A stretch of DNA of 64,000 bases from an uncultured beta proteobacterium (GCA_903893565.1 CAITMU010000025.1:642-64641); one strand, 5' to 3'. Shown: positions 24,248 through 35,016, numbered from the stretch's first letter. Notes: a model not told the origin generated them from the sequence alone. Translations and numbers: made by a program.

Positions 24248-25462
24248 ATGCCACACGCCACTGCCCGCCAACAACTTGCCATTCTGGGATCCACCGGTAG
24301 CATCGGCGTGAGCACCTTGGATGTGGTGGCCCGTCACCCGCAGCGATTCCAGGTCGTTGCTTTGAGTGCACACACTAGAATCGATTTGTTACTGGATCAG
24401 TGCCAGCGGTTTCATCCTGAATTTGTGGTGGTGACGGACCCGATTGCAGCAAAAAATATGCAATCGAAATTAAATAGTTCTGGATTAAAGATAAAATTAT
24501 TGTCTGGTCCGCAAGGCCTCGAAGAGGTGGCGAGCCTGCCTCAGGTTCAAACCGTCATGGCGGCCATCGTCGGTATTGCGGGCTTAAAGTCCACGCTGGC
24601 TGCGGCCGTTAGTGGTAAGAAAATTTTATTAGCCAACAAAGAATCCTTGGTCAGTGCGGGTGCTTTATTTATTGAAGCCGTACATCAGGGAGGGGCCACG
24701 CTGTTGCCGATTGATAGTGAGCATAATGCGATCTTTCAATCGCTGCCCAATCCCTTTAATGGCCAATTACAGACCAGTGGTGTGCGTCGTATTTTACTCA
24801 CCGCTTCGGGAGGGCCTTTTCGATTAACCCCGTTGCATGAACTGCACTCGGTCACGCCGCTTCAAGCCTGTGCTCATCCGAATTGGGTGATGGGTCGAAA
24901 AATCTCGGTCGATTCGGCCACTATGATGAATAAGGCTTTGGAGGTCATCGAGGCCCATTGGTTATTTAATGCCCCTGCCAGTGCGATTGAAGTGCTCGTT
25001 CATCCCCAAAGTATTGTGCATTCTTTGGTTGAATACATTGACGGGTCCATGATTGCCCAGTTGGGGAACCCTGATATGCGCACCCCCATTGCCCATGGCT
25101 TGGCGTATCCTGAACGCATTGAAAATGGTGTTAATTTTCTGGATTTAACCAAGAGCCAAGCCCTACAGTTTGAAAAGCCTGACTGGCAGCGTTTTCCTTG
25201 TTTAGCCTTAGGGTTTGAAGCTTTGCGGTTGGGCGGTGGTGCTTCCACCGTGATTAATGCGGCCAACGAAATAGCGGTGGAGCGATTTTTGAATGGTGCA
25301 CTGGCTTTTATGGACATTCCAAGATTGATCGAGGCGGTGTTGACTTCCCATGCGATCCCAAGCCCTGAGAGTCTGGAGGCGGTGATTGAATTGGATCACA
25401 TCACGCGCCAGAGGGCTTTGCTTTGGAAGCCCCATGTATCCTTTGCTGCGATCGGACTTTAG
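24248..25462 (+). CDS. dxr: 1-deoxy-D-xylulose 5-phosphate reductoisomerase
   Basis: ILGSTGSIG NADPH fold, plus LANKESLV and HPNWVMGRKISVDSATMMNK. Confidence 0.96.
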   Translation: MPHATARQQLAILGSTGSIGVSTLDVVARHPQRFQVVALSAHTRIDLLLDQCQRFHPEFVVVTDPIAAKNMQSKLNSSGLKIKLLSGPQGLEEVASLPQVQTVMAAIVGIAGLKSTLAAAVSGKKILLANKESLVSAGALFIEAVHQGGATLLPIDSEHNAIFQSLPNPFNGQLQTSGVRRILLTASGGPFRLTPLHELHSVTPLQACAHPNWVMGRKISVDSATMMNKALEVIEAHWLFNAPASAIEVLVHPQSIVHSLVEYIDGSMIAQLGNPDMRTPIAHGLAYPERIENGVNFLDLTKSQALQFEKPDWQRFPCLALGFEALRLGGGASTVINAANEIAVERFLNGALAFMDIPRLIEAVLTSHAIPSPESLEAVIELDHITRQRALLWKPHVSFAAIGL

Positions 25463-25486
25463 CCCCTTAATGTTGTTAATATTAAA

Positions 25487-26863
25487 ATGAACGCACTTTA
25501 CTACCTATTCTTTTTTTTGCTGGCTTTAGCGCCCTTAGTGATATTTCATGAATTGGGTCATTTTTGGGTGGCGCGTCTTTGTGGGGTGAAAGTACTGCGT
25601 TTTTCCGTGGGTTTTGGTAAACCGATTTTCTCCTGGATTCGCGGTCCAGATAAAACCGAATGGGTCGTTGCCATGATCCCGCTAGGTGGGTATGTCAAAA
25701 TGCTCGATGAGCGGGAAGGATTGGTGCCTCACGAGGACTTGTCGCGGGCCTTTAACCGTCAGACATTATTTAAACGCGCAGCCATTGTGGCGGCAGGGCC
25801 GGTGGCAAATTTATTAGTGGCCGTGTTGATTTACTGCGTTTTATTCATGCACGGGATCCCCGGTTTTCGTGCCATCGTGGCTGAACCCAAGGCTCAATCA
25901 GCAGCAGCATTGGCAGGGTTTAAAAAAGCCGATCAATTAATTGCGGTTGATCAGATCCCGACGCCGACTTGGCAAGAAGTGCGTTGGGAGTTACTCAAAA
26001 AAGCGGTAAAAAAGCAAACGGTTGAAGTCAGTGTACTGACCGAATCGAATCAATCAGCGTTACGCCGCTTGGATTTATCTGGTTTAGATAAAGAATCCCT
26101 ACAAGGCAATTTCATTCAAGACCTGGGATTGAGTCGTTTTTTGCCCCTCGGGGCTCCAGAAATTGTAGCGCTCAGTGAACAGGGTAGTGCCAAGCGATTC
26201 GGTTTGCAGGTGGGAGATGTATTACTTAAAATTGACGACCAAATGATTCAGTCACCCGAACAAGCCACACAAATCATTCGTCATAATGCCAACCATGCTT
26301 TGCAGGTGGTTGTGAAAAGAAGCTCTGCAAAGGCAGAATTAACGTTCACCCTGACTCCGGATCCATTCGCTGACCCCAAAACGGGACAAACGGTGGGTCG
26401 CATGGGGGCTGCATTGCAGCCGGAGCAAGCCTTGCTAGCGCCCTACCAAGTGTTACAGCGCTACGGCCCTCTCGATAGCCTGTATGAGGCTACGTTAAAG
26501 ACCTGGGATACGGCCCTTTTTAGCGTTCAGATGATGGGGAAGATGTTGCTCGGGCAAGTCTCGCTTAAAAATATTAGCGGTCCCATTTCGATCGCAGACT
26601 ATGCCGGGCAGTCGGCTCAAATGGGCTGGATGGCCTTTTGTCATTTTTTGGCGATAATCAGTATTAGCCTCGGAATACTCAATCTCATGCCAATTCCAGT
26701 TTTAGATGGAGGGCATTTGTTGTATTATATTGTAGAATTTATAAAAGGCTCGCCAGTGCCTTTGAGGATTGAGGAAATCGGCCAAAAGGTGGGTTTGTTT
26801 TTCTTGATTTCTTTGATGATATTGGCGCTGTTTAACGATGTTAACCGGTTGTTAATCGGATAA
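25487..26863 (+). CDS. rseP: RIP site-2 metalloprotease RseP
   Basis: HELGHF (HExxH), PDZ region and NLMPIPVLDGGH motif. Confidence 0.95.
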   Translation: MNALYYLFFFLLALAPLVIFHELGHFWVARLCGVKVLRFSVGFGKPIFSWIRGPDKTEWVVAMIPLGGYVKMLDEREGLVPHEDLSRAFNRQTLFKRAAIVAAGPVANLLVAVLIYCVLFMHGIPGFRAIVAEPKAQSAAALAGFKKADQLIAVDQIPTPTWQEVRWELLKKAVKKQTVEVSVLTESNQSALRRLDLSGLDKESLQGNFIQDLGLSRFLPLGAPEIVALSEQGSAKRFGLQVGDVLLKIDDQMIQSPEQATQIIRHNANHALQVVVKRSSAKAELTFTLTPDPFADPKTGQTVGRMGAALQPEQALLAPYQVLQRYGPLDSLYEATLKTWDTALFSVQMMGKMLLGQVSLKNISGPISIADYAGQSAQMGWMAFCHFLAIISISLGILNLMPIPVLDGGHLLYYIVEFIKGSPVPLRIEEIGQKVGLFFLISLMILALFNDVNRLLIG

Positions 26864-26866
26864 TTG

Positions 26867-29143
26867 ATGGCATTAATACTTCGTTGTATTGCATTCTTGA
26901 TGCTTGCTACGGCTGCGGCACTGGCCATGGCTATAGAGCCATTTGTCATCAAAGACATTAGGGTCGAGGGCATACAAAGGACGGAAGCGGGCACGGTGTT
27001 TAGTTACCTGCCCGTTAAAGTAGGCGATCAGATGACCGAGGACAAGGCGGCGCAAGCCATCCGGGCCTTGTTTGCAACGGGTTTTTTTAAAGATGTCTCG
27101 ATCGAAGCGGATAACAACACCCTTGTGGTGGTGGTAGTGGAAAGGCCTTCCATTGCGCTAATCGAATTTAAGGGTAATAAAGAGTTCGATAAAGAAGCCC
27201 TTTTAAAGGGTATTAAACAAATAGGAATTTCCGAAGGTCGTATTTACGACCGCAGTCTCGTAGAGCGTGCGGAGCAAGAATTAAAACAACAATACTTAAG
27301 CCGTGGAAAATACGCGGTTGAAATTCATAGCACCTTTACGCCCTTAGAAAGAAACCGAGTCTCACTGAATTTTAATGTGATTGAAGGCGATACGGCTAAA
27401 ATTCGCCAAATTACCATCATCGGTTCGCGCGCATTCAAGGAAAAAGATTTGCTTGAGTTGTTCTACCTGCGTGAACCCGGTTATATGACTTGGTTTAGCA
27501 AGCAAGACCAGTATTCGCGAGAAAAACTGTCTGCCGATCTCGAAACGCTGAAATCTCATTATCAAGACCGGGGCTATCTTGAATTTAATGTGGAATCTAC
27601 CCAAGTGTCGATTACCCCGGACAAAAAGGATATTTACATCACTGTTGCCATTACCGAGGGAGATAAATATACGGTCTCTGAGGTGAAAGTGGCCGGTCAG
27701 TTGCTCGTGCCTGAGGCTGAGATACGTAAGCTCATCAACATTAAGCCAGGGGATATTTTTTCGCGATCGAAGTTGCAGCAATCGACCAAAAAAATTAATG
27801 AACGTCTGGGTAATGATGGCTACGCTTTTGCCAACGTCAATGCAGTGCCTGAGCTTAATAAAGAAAAAAAACTCGCCTCTTTTAGCTTTTATGTTGATCC
27901 GGGACGCAGAGTGTATGTGCGTTGGGTCAATGTGACGGGAAATTCGAAAACCCGTGACGAGGTGGTTCGACGGGAAATTCGCCAAGTTGAAGGCGCTTGG
28001 TTTGCACAAGAAAAAATTAACGAATCGAAAATGCGGCTGGATCGTTTAGGCTATTTCACCGATGTGAAAATTGACAACCCTGCTGTGGCAGGCACTACAG
28101 ATCAAGTGGATGTTAATTTCTCAGTGACTGAAAAACCCACTGGCAGTGTGATGCTCGGTGCGGGCTTTGGTAGCGGCACGGGGCTTATTTTATCCACATC
28201 AGTGTCGCAGCAAAATATTTTTGGATCCGGTCGGGCTCTCACCTTGGCCCTGAGTACTTCGTCCTACAACACCATTTACTCTTTATCCTACACCAATCCT
28301 TATTTCACCCCCGATGGATTGAGCTTTGGATACGATATTTACGATCGTGAGACCAATGCGGCTGCGGTCAATTTGGGCAACTATAAGACCCAAACCATTG
28401 GGGCGAGTTTGCGCTTTGGGGTCCCGATCTCTAGTATCGATACGATTCAATACGGTATTGGCCTTGAACAAACGAATATTTCCATCAACAGTAACAGTCC
28501 TCTGTATTATTTGGATTATGTTAATGCGTTTGGAGACTCTAGTGTTGCGATACCTGCCACGGTGGGTTGGGTGCGGGATGGTCGAGATTCATATTTGTAT
28601 CCCACAACCGGGGTTTTTCAAAAAGCGTATGCCGAGATCGGCTTGCCGGGGGGGAATTTACTCTATGCCCGTACAAGCTATCAATATCAACGCTATTTCC
28701 CTTTGTCCCGTGATTACACCCTCATGGCCAATGGTCAACTCGGTGTCGGTGATGGCTATGGCGGCAAGATCATGCCATTTTTTAAGAATTTCTTTGCCGG
28801 TGGCGTCGGTTCCCTTCGTGGATATAAGTTAAATACCGTAGGACCTTTGGATAGCCAAGGTTTCCCTCGAGGTGGTGATAGACAAATTCTGGGCAATCTA
28901 GAAGTACTCTATCCTTTTCCTGGTCTACGCAATGACCATTCTGTGAGATTGAGTAACTTTATCGATGCCGGTCAAGTTAGTAATGGGAGTTTTCAATTTG
29001 GGAGCTTGCGTTATTCCACAGGGGTGGCCCTGACTTGGATTTCACCCATGGGACCATTGAAAATAAGTCTTGCCAAGGCTTTATCTCACTACAAAGCCGA
29101 TCACCATCAGTTTCTACAGTTTACTTTCGGTGGTTTATTCTGA
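26867..29143 (+). CDS. bamA: outer membrane protein assembly factor BamA
   Basis: About 758 aa. It has a signal peptide, POTRA repeats and a C-terminal barrel ending ...QFTFGGLF (aromatic beta-signal). A TTG at 26864 is an alternative start. Confidence 0.95.
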   Translation: MALILRCIAFLMLATAAALAMAIEPFVIKDIRVEGIQRTEAGTVFSYLPVKVGDQMTEDKAAQAIRALFATGFFKDVSIEADNNTLVVVVVERPSIALIEFKGNKEFDKEALLKGIKQIGISEGRIYDRSLVERAEQELKQQYLSRGKYAVEIHSTFTPLERNRVSLNFNVIEGDTAKIRQITIIGSRAFKEKDLLELFYLREPGYMTWFSKQDQYSREKLSADLETLKSHYQDRGYLEFNVESTQVSITPDKKDIYITVAITEGDKYTVSEVKVAGQLLVPEAEIRKLINIKPGDIFSRSKLQQSTKKINERLGNDGYAFANVNAVPELNKEKKLASFSFYVDPGRRVYVRWVNVTGNSKTRDEVVRREIRQVEGAWFAQEKINESKMRLDRLGYFTDVKIDNPAVAGTTDQVDVNFSVTEKPTGSVMLGAGFGSGTGLILSTSVSQQNIFGSGRALTLALSTSSYNTIYSLSYTNPYFTPDGLSFGYDIYDRETNAAAVNLGNYKTQTIGASLRFGVPISSIDTIQYGIGLEQTNISINSNSPLYYLDYVNAFGDSSVAIPATVGWVRDGRDSYLYPTTGVFQKAYAEIGLPGGNLLYARTSYQYQRYFPLSRDYTLMANGQLGVGDGYGGKIMPFFKNFFAGGVGSLRGYKLNTVGPLDSQGFPRGGDRQILGNLEVLYPFPGLRNDHSVRLSNFIDAGQVSNGSFQFGSLRYSTGVALTWISPMGPLKISLAKALSHYKADHHQFLQFTFGGLF

Positions 29144-29167
29144 TCATTGTATTTGTTAGGGAATGTC

Positions 29168-29683
29168 ATGAAGCTTAATCTTTTAAATATTTTGAAACTG
29201 TCTACATTATTATTGACTTTGGGGGTCTATCCTTCGATTCAAGCGGCTGATATTAAAATTGGTTACATTGATTCTGAAAGGATCAATCGAGACTCAGCAC
29301 CCGCTGAACAAGCCAGCAAACGACTAGAAAAAGAGTTTCAGCCCCGTGTTTTAGAGTTACAAAAATTAGACAACCAAATCAAAAGTCAACAATCGCAACT
29401 TGAAAAAGATGCCTTGACCGTCACAGAATCGGATCGCCGCAAAAGAGAAACGGATCTTTCACGTTTGATTGTGGACTTTCAACGCAAACAACGGGAATAC
29501 ACCGAGGACTTGAACTTGCGTCGTAATCAAGAACTCTCAGGGTTGTTGGAAAAAGCCAATAAAATTATTAAGCAAATTGCAGAAACGGATAAATACGACA
29601 TTATTTTCCAGGAAGCCGTCTACCGCAGTGCTCGAGTGGACATCACCGATCGCGTAATCAAAGCATTGTCAGAGAGTAAATAA
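29168..29683 (+). CDS. skp: periplasmic chaperone Skp (OmpH family)
   Basis: Signal peptide MKLNLLNILKLSTLLLTLGVYPSIQA, then a Lys/Glu/Gln-rich coiled region. It sits between bamA and lpxD. Confidence 0.9.
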   Translation: MKLNLLNILKLSTLLLTLGVYPSIQAADIKIGYIDSERINRDSAPAEQASKRLEKEFQPRVLELQKLDNQIKSQQSQLEKDALTVTESDRRKRETDLSRLIVDFQRKQREYTEDLNLRRNQELSGLLEKANKIIKQIAETDKYDIIFQEAVYRSARVDITDRVIKALSESK

Positions 29684-29725
29684 AACGAAGCTCATTTGGC
29701 TATACCGCCCGTCTTTATTCCGCCG

Positions 29726-30784
29726 ATGAATCAGGCTCTTAAACCCCATTTTGTGAGCCTTAAGACTATCGTTGAGAAACTCGGTGGGGAGTTGATCTCA
29801 GAGGATCCGGCTTGTCAGGTGTCTCGAGTCGGCACTCTGGAGAACGCAAAGGCTGATGCCATTAGCTTTGTCTCGCAAGCGAAGTTCTTACCCCAATTGG
29901 CAACCACCCAAGCCGGGGCTGTGGTTTTACCTATTGCCTACCGTGATGCCAGCACTTTACCTCGCATCATTACTGAAAATCCCTATTTATATTTTGCACG
30001 CTTATCTGCCTTTCTCAATCCGCCAAAACCAAAAACGCCTGGCATTCATCCGAGTGCGGTAGTGGCCGCCTCAGTGCAATGCGGAGAGAGGGTGAGTATC
30101 GGGGCTCATGTCTTTATTGGCGAAAATGTGAGGCTGGGTCATGATGTCGTGATTGAGCCCAATTGCGTGATCGCTGATCATTGCCACATTGGCGATAACA
30201 CCCACCTCATGGCCCAAGTCACCCTCTATGCGCATAGCCAAATAGGTTCTCGGTGCATTTTGCACTCGGGGGTGGTGATTGGTGCAGACGGATTTGGTAT
30301 TGCTGTCGATCAGCAACGTTGGGTCAAAGTGCCTCAGCTCGGAAAAGTGGTGTTAGGCGATGATGTCGAAGTCGGTGCTAATACCACCATAGATCGAGGC
30401 GCCATTGACGACACTATCATTGAAGAAGGTGTGAAACTGGATAATTTGATCCAGATCGCCCATAACGTTCATATTGGCGCACACACCGCGATTGCCGCCT
30501 GTACGGGTATTGCTGGTAGCGCCCGTATTGGTCGCTGGTGTCGTATTGGAGGTTCAGCGCGTATCGCCGGACATATTCATATAGCCGATGGGGTGGAGAT
30601 ATCGGCCACCACTTTCATCACAAAATCCATTACTCTTACTGGCACTTATAGTGGTGGTTATCCATTCGAACCCAATGCGCAGTGGAGACGCACGGCCGTA
30701 CAGATTCGTCACCTCGATTCATTAAATAAGACTGTGAAAACCCTCGAAAAACGTTTGGCCGCCTTGGAAAGGAAAGTGACTTGA
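29726..30784 (+). CDS. lpxD: UDP-3-O-acylglucosamine N-acyltransferase
   Basis: Hexapeptide-repeat beta-helix. The start is taken at the ATG (MNQALKPHFVSLKTIVEKLGGEL). A TTG at 29696 is possible. Confidence 0.92.
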   Translation: MNQALKPHFVSLKTIVEKLGGELISEDPACQVSRVGTLENAKADAISFVSQAKFLPQLATTQAGAVVLPIAYRDASTLPRIITENPYLYFARLSAFLNPPKPKTPGIHPSAVVAASVQCGERVSIGAHVFIGENVRLGHDVVIEPNCVIADHCHIGDNTHLMAQVTLYAHSQIGSRCILHSGVVIGADGFGIAVDQQRWVKVPQLGKVVLGDDVEVGANTTIDRGAIDDTIIEEGVKLDNLIQIAHNVHIGAHTAIAACTGIAGSARIGRWCRIGGSARIAGHIHIADGVEISATTFITKSITLTGTYSGGYPFEPNAQWRRTAVQIRHLDSLNKTVKTLEKRLAALERKVT

Positions 30785-31230
30785 TTAATTTGAATATACA
30801 CAAGGTGTTGGAAATCTTGCCACACCGTTATCCCTTTTTGTTAATCGACAGAGTGCTTTCCTGTGATTCCGGTAAAAACATTGTGGCTTTGAAAAATGTG
30901 ACCATTAATGAGCCTTTTTTTAATGGCCATTTCCCAGCTTTCCCGGTGATGCCAGGGGTCATGATTATCGAATCAATGGCCCAAGCAGCCGCATTATTGT
31001 CTTTTATCTCGATGAATGCCAAGAGCGATGATCAATCGGTTTATTATTTTGTTGGTATTGACAAGGCACGATTTAAAAAGCCTGTCACGGCCGGTGACAC
31101 CATGCACCTACACGTGACGCTAGATCGACATCTAAAGGGTATATGGAAATTTAGCGCAAAAGCAACTGTGGAGGATCATTTGGTGGCTGAGGCTCAGCTC
31201 ATGTGCGCCGTGAAAGCGATGGAAAAATAA
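30781..31230 (+). CDS. fabZ: 3-hydroxyacyl-ACP dehydratase FabZ
   Basis: LPHRYPFLLIDRV and FFNGHFP...PVMPGV motifs. The TTG start overlaps the lpxD stop (TTGA). Confidence 0.95.
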   Translation: MINLNIHKVLEILPHRYPFLLIDRVLSCDSGKNIVALKNVTINEPFFNGHFPAFPVMPGVMIIESMAQAAALLSFISMNAKSDDQSVYYFVGIDKARFKKPVTAGDTMHLHVTLDRHLKGIWKFSAKATVEDHLVAEAQLMCAVKAMEK

Positions 31231-31250
31231 ATCCCCCCCCATTCTTCCTA

Positions 31251-32042
31251 ATGGATGCCCCTTTGAATAATCGACTTCATCCCACCGCCCTGATTGACCC
31301 TAAAGCTGAACTGGCCAGTGATGTTGAGGTGGGTCCTTTTACTGTGATTGGTCCCCATGTTCAGATCGGTCAAGGTAGCCGCGTGGGCGCGCATGCGAAT
31401 CTGACGGGACACACCACCATTGGTAAGAATAATCAAATTTTTCATTCTGTGTCGATTGGCGAAGTCCCGCAGGATAAAAAGTATGCCGGAGAAATAACAC
31501 GTTTAGACATCGGGGATAACAACACGATCCGAGAGTTTTGTACGATCAACTGTGGCACGGTACAAGATGGCGGAGTGACCCGAATTGGTAATGATAATTG
31601 GATCATGGCCTATGTTCATGTGGCCCATGATTGCCAAGTGGGTAACCATGCGATTTTTGCAAATTGTACGCAACTGGCTGGCCATGTCCACATCGGCGAT
31701 TACGCCATTCTGGGGGGATTTACCGGTGTGCACCAATTTGTACGCATTGGTGCCCATTGTATGACGGGCATTAGTTCTGTTGTCGTGCAGGATATCCCTC
31801 CCTACATCACGGTGGCCGGGACGCCCACACGGGCTTACAGTATCAATGCAGAGGGGTTAAAGCGACGTGGTTTTGACGCAGCCACTCTGTTGCAATTAAA
31901 ACGGGCCTATAAAATTCTCTATCGATCAGGTCACACCTTAGCCGAAGCCATTGCTCTTTTACAAGTCATGGCGCAGTCTGAAAAAGCCATTGAGGTATTG
32001 GTTGCCTTTTTGTCTGTTCCAGGACGCGGCATTATCCGTTAG
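31251..32042 (+). CDS. lpxA: acyl-ACP--UDP-N-acetylglucosamine O-acyltransferase
   Basis: MDAPLNNRLHPTALIDPKAELASDVEVGPF matches the LpxA N-terminus, followed by hexapeptide repeats. The in-frame GTG at 31203 is judged an artefactual extension. Confidence 0.93.
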   Translation: MDAPLNNRLHPTALIDPKAELASDVEVGPFTVIGPHVQIGQGSRVGAHANLTGHTTIGKNNQIFHSVSIGEVPQDKKYAGEITRLDIGDNNTIREFCTINCGTVQDGGVTRIGNDNWIMAYVHVAHDCQVGNHAIFANCTQLAGHVHIGDYAILGGFTGVHQFVRIGAHCMTGISSVVVQDIPPYITVAGTPTRAYSINAEGLKRRGFDAATLLQLKRAYKILYRSGHTLAEAIALLQVMAQSEKAIEVLVAFLSVPGRGIIR

Positions 32043-32071
32043 TTTCACGCTTTTTTTTATACCAACATTTT

Positions 32072-33220
32072 ATGCCCTCATCTCGTGTTATAGCACTGGT
32101 GGCTGGAGAGGCTTCGGGGGACTTATTGGGGGCGCAATTGGTGACAGCGCTCAAGGCGCTTCATCCCGACCTTCAATTCGAGGGGGTAGCAGGCCCCAGA
32201 ATGATTAAAGCGGGCGTCAAACCCCTTTACCCGATATCAAGACTTGCCGTCAGTGGGTATTGGGATGTGTTATGGCATTTGAGAGACATTTTGGCGATTC
32301 GACAATCGCTTAAAACCCATTGGAGCCACAATCCACCGCTCGCGTTTATTGGGATAGATGCGCCGGATTTTAATCTGCAACTCGAAAAATTTCTAAAGCG
32401 CCAACAGATTCCTATTATTCACTACGTTAGCCCTTCAATCTGGGCTTGGCGTGCTGAACGTATCGATTTGATTAGGCAAGCGGTTGATAGAATGTTGACC
32501 TTGTTTCCTTTCGAAACGGCTATTTATGAGAAGGCGGGGATCCCCGTGTCTTATGTGGGGCATCCGTTAGCGGATTTATTAAGTGGTTTCGGCTCGCAAC
32601 GCTCAAGTCGTGTCGGTTTAGATTTGGAGGTCGATCGGCCCCTAGTGGCTTTATTGCCAGGCAGTCGGCTTGGGGAGTTAAAAAGTCTAGGTCAGCTTTT
32701 TATTCAAAGCGCTAAGCGAATTCATCAGCAGTGGCCTCAGGTGCAATTCGTGGCCCCGATGGCCTCGTTGATGACCAGAGCACTGTTTGAAAAAGCCTTA
32801 GAGAAAGAAAAATTTCCCTTTGTAAAAATTCTCGATGGTCAATCCCATGAGGCGATCCTGGCCGCGGATGTGGCCTTGGTGGCCTCGGGCACGGCGACCT
32901 TGGAAACGGCACTACTACAAACCCCGATGGTCATCTCCTACCGTCTGCCTTGGTTTAATTGGTTGTTGATGAAGCCAAGAGCGTATTTGCCCTACGTGGG
33001 CTTACCCAATATTTTGGCTGGCGAGAGTATTGTGCCAGAGTTATTGCAAACCCAAGCCACGGCTGAGCGTTTGTCCGACGCGGTGATGGATTTGCTGCGG
33101 GATCCTGAAAAACAAAAAAAGATGAAAGCGCATTTTTCTCACATTCTTCAAAGCTTAAAGCAGGATGCTGCCGTTAAAGCAGCCAAAGCGGTCAGTGAGC
33201 ACTTGAGGCTTCTTCCATAA
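32072..33220 (+). CDS. lpxB: lipid-A-disaccharide synthase
   Basis: 382 aa. It has the [15 protein letters not shown]-terminus typical of LpxB. Confidence 0.95.
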   Translation: MPSSRVIALVAGEASGDLLGAQLVTALKALHPDLQFEGVAGPRMIKAGVKPLYPISRLAVSGYWDVLWHLRDILAIRQSLKTHWSHNPPLAFIGIDAPDFNLQLEKFLKRQQIPIIHYVSPSIWAWRAERIDLIRQAVDRMLTLFPFETAIYEKAGIPVSYVGHPLADLLSGFGSQRSSRVGLDLEVDRPLVALLPGSRLGELKSLGQLFIQSAKRIHQQWPQVQFVAPMASLMTRALFEKALEKEKFPFVKILDGQSHEAILAADVALVASGTATLETALLQTPMVISYRLPWFNWLLMKPRAYLPYVGLPNILAGESIVPELLQTQATAERLSDAVMDLLRDPEKQKKMKAHFSHILQSLKQDAAVKAAKAVSEHLRLLP

Positions 33221-33816
33221 TGCGTCAAAAACTGCAAGCAGGTGTGGATGAAGCGGGTAGAGGGCCCTTAGCCGGTCCGGTATACGCTGCGGCGGTGATT
33301 TTGCCCGAAGATCATGGAGTCGAGGGTTTAGCGGATTCTAAGAAACTCTCAGCCAAGCAAAGAGAAGCGCTTTTTGATGTGATCTGCCAAACAGCCATCG
33401 CTTGGTCTATTGCTTATGCGAGTGTGGAGGAGATTGATTCAATCAATATCCTGCAGGCCAGTCTTTTGGCGATGAAGCGGGCAGTAGAGGCCCTGAAGCC
33501 TCAACCTCACGCAATTGTTGTTGATGGGTTATTTTGTCCCAAAGTTCAAATGCCAGCCCAGGCCATCGTCAAGGGGGATAGTAAAGTGGCGGCGATTAGC
33601 GCCGCCTCGATTTTGGCTAAAGTGGCGCGCGACCAAGAGATGATGCGTTGGCACGCACTCATGCCGCAATATGGATTTAATCGACATAAAGGCTACCCTA
33701 CCGCAGCCCACTTGGCAGCGCTTCATGCGCATGGGGTGAGTCGCATTCACCGTTTGAGCTACGCGCCTATTCGAAAACTTTTAGCCCCCAAGGGCGATCG
33801 TGCGGATGAATGCTAG
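33220..33816 (+). CDS. rnhB: ribonuclease HII
   Basis: [14 protein letters not shown] catalytic motif. The start overlaps the lpxB stop (TAATG). Confidence 0.96.
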   Translation: MRQKLQAGVDEAGRGPLAGPVYAAAVILPEDHGVEGLADSKKLSAKQREALFDVICQTAIAWSIAYASVEEIDSINILQASLLAMKRAVEALKPQPHAIVVDGLFCPKVQMPAQAIVKGDSKVAAISAASILAKVARDQEMMRWHALMPQYGFNRHKGYPTAAHLAALHAHGVSRIHRLSYAPIRKLLAPKGDRADEC

Positions 33817-34779
33817 CAAAGTGTTACCGGGATGCTCTTTGGCCAAGCGCAGTGCCTGTTTTTTACATTGATTTTGTAAGCTTTTGATAAAAGTAGGCTC
33901 TTCGAACGCTTTTTTCATTAAAGGCACGATCTCTTGCTCAACGCCCACAGAAAAAAATCCCGGGTAAGCGTTGCCAAGCAAGGCTTGGTGTTTTGGACTC
34001 GAGCAGGTTATTAAGCCTTTGTTTTGAGCTATCGCTAAGGCCAATATCACGTTAAATGTCCTATCATTGTGAGGGATGATGACTATTTCGGCCTCCGCTA
34101 AAGCAAGCATCAATGGCTGAGCGTGTTGGGGATCGATTGCGTTCACCGATAGGCCATGGTGGAGCGTTTTTTGCGATGAAGGCAGGCGAGCCGATGGCTT
34201 ATTTCTCAACGTTTCCACCCAGATCTGAAGGGAGCCTTCCCAATGACTGAGGTCTTTTTGAGGGCGAAAGCATTTTTCAATCGAGCCTAAGCGGGCCTGG
34301 CTGGGTGGCTTTTCGTTAACCCACAACACTTTCCCAGGGCTCATGACTGTGTGGGGTTGTTTCTGCCCAAGGACCACTGGGTCAATCAAAAAGAGTTTTT
34401 TTGACCATTGGAGGGCGAGATTCTTTTTCGCCCAGGCGTCCAAAACCACTATGTGTGTGCATAGGGATAAACTCTCCTGTAGACGAACCTCGGTTGCCGA
34501 TTCACGAATATGTTGTGGTTGTGTAATGATTAAAACAAGGGCTTGATCCGGGTAGCATAGGCAATAGTTTCTAATGGAGTCATGAGCCATTGAAAAGTCT
34601 AGGCTGATGAGTAGTTCACAAGCCTCCCCATCCCAGTGGTCTTGTAATAAAACATGATGGCCAGATTGCGTTAACAATGCGTGCCATTGCTGGGTAAGCC
34701 AGTGAGCGCTAAGGGCCGCGATAGGGGTCGTTGCGGTCTCCGGATCATGAAGGGTGGGGGCGAGAAGGATGATTTTCAT
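33781..34779 (-). CDS. hypothetical protein, GT-B glycosyltransferase-like (weak)
   Basis: 332-aa ORF. The N-terminus MKIILLAPT is a typical first beta-strand of a Rossmann/GT-B half. The C-terminal half has the outline of the GT4 EX7E region, but it reads D-x7-A ([26 protein letters not shown]). I recognise no other motif. It overlaps the rnhB 3' end by 36 nt. Confidence 0.6.
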   Translation of the reverse strand: MKIILLAPTLHDPETATTPIAALSAHWLTQQWHALLTQSGHHVLLQDHWDGEACELLISLDFSMAHDSIRNYCLCYPDQALVLIITQPQHIRESATEVRLQESLSLCTHIVVLDAWAKKNLALQWSKKLFLIDPVVLGQKQPHTVMSPGKVLWVNEKPPSQARLGSIEKCFRPQKDLSHWEGSLQIWVETLRNKPSARLPSSQKTLHHGLSVNAIDPQHAQPLMLALAEAEIVIIPHNDRTFNVILALAIAQNKGLITCSSPKHQALLGNAYPGFFSVGVEQEIVPLMKKAFEEPTFIKSLQNQCKKQALRLAKEHPGNTLLAFIRTIALGG

Positions 34780-35016
34780 AAGGAGGATTTAAGAATATAC
34801 TGCTTGTTAGGTCAAGCGATCCGGTATTGAAGGCTAGGCTTGGCGGTGGAGGGTTAGAGTAACGCTCTTTTTCGAGGGTGTCCCCCTCGATCGATCATGA
34901 AAGGGTAGGGGGCGAAACAAAGGGGGAGGCAGGCCTCACCAGTTGCCCCTTCTCACCGGTTTTTTTGATGTTTGGTTTTGCCTTCGATAAAGTGTGTTCA
35001 CGATATAAAAAAATGG

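Noticed and set aside
27362-28009. 215-aa minus-strand ORF, the longest unassigned ORF in the track.
   Set aside because: It lies entirely antisense within bamA, whose frame is supported end-to-end by POTRA and barrel homology. The product has no motif, signal or start context. It is typical of the long antisense open frames that occur opposite genuine genes.
28326-28832. Alternative-frame or antisense ORFs of 100-170 aa (e.g. 28326-28832, 6935-7285, 19589-19933, 16600-16953, 52711-53079, 60595-60969, 61861-62238).
   Set aside because: All are embedded in genes with strong homology-supported frames. They have Cys/Arg/Ser-rich composition typical of off-frame translation and lack start contexts.
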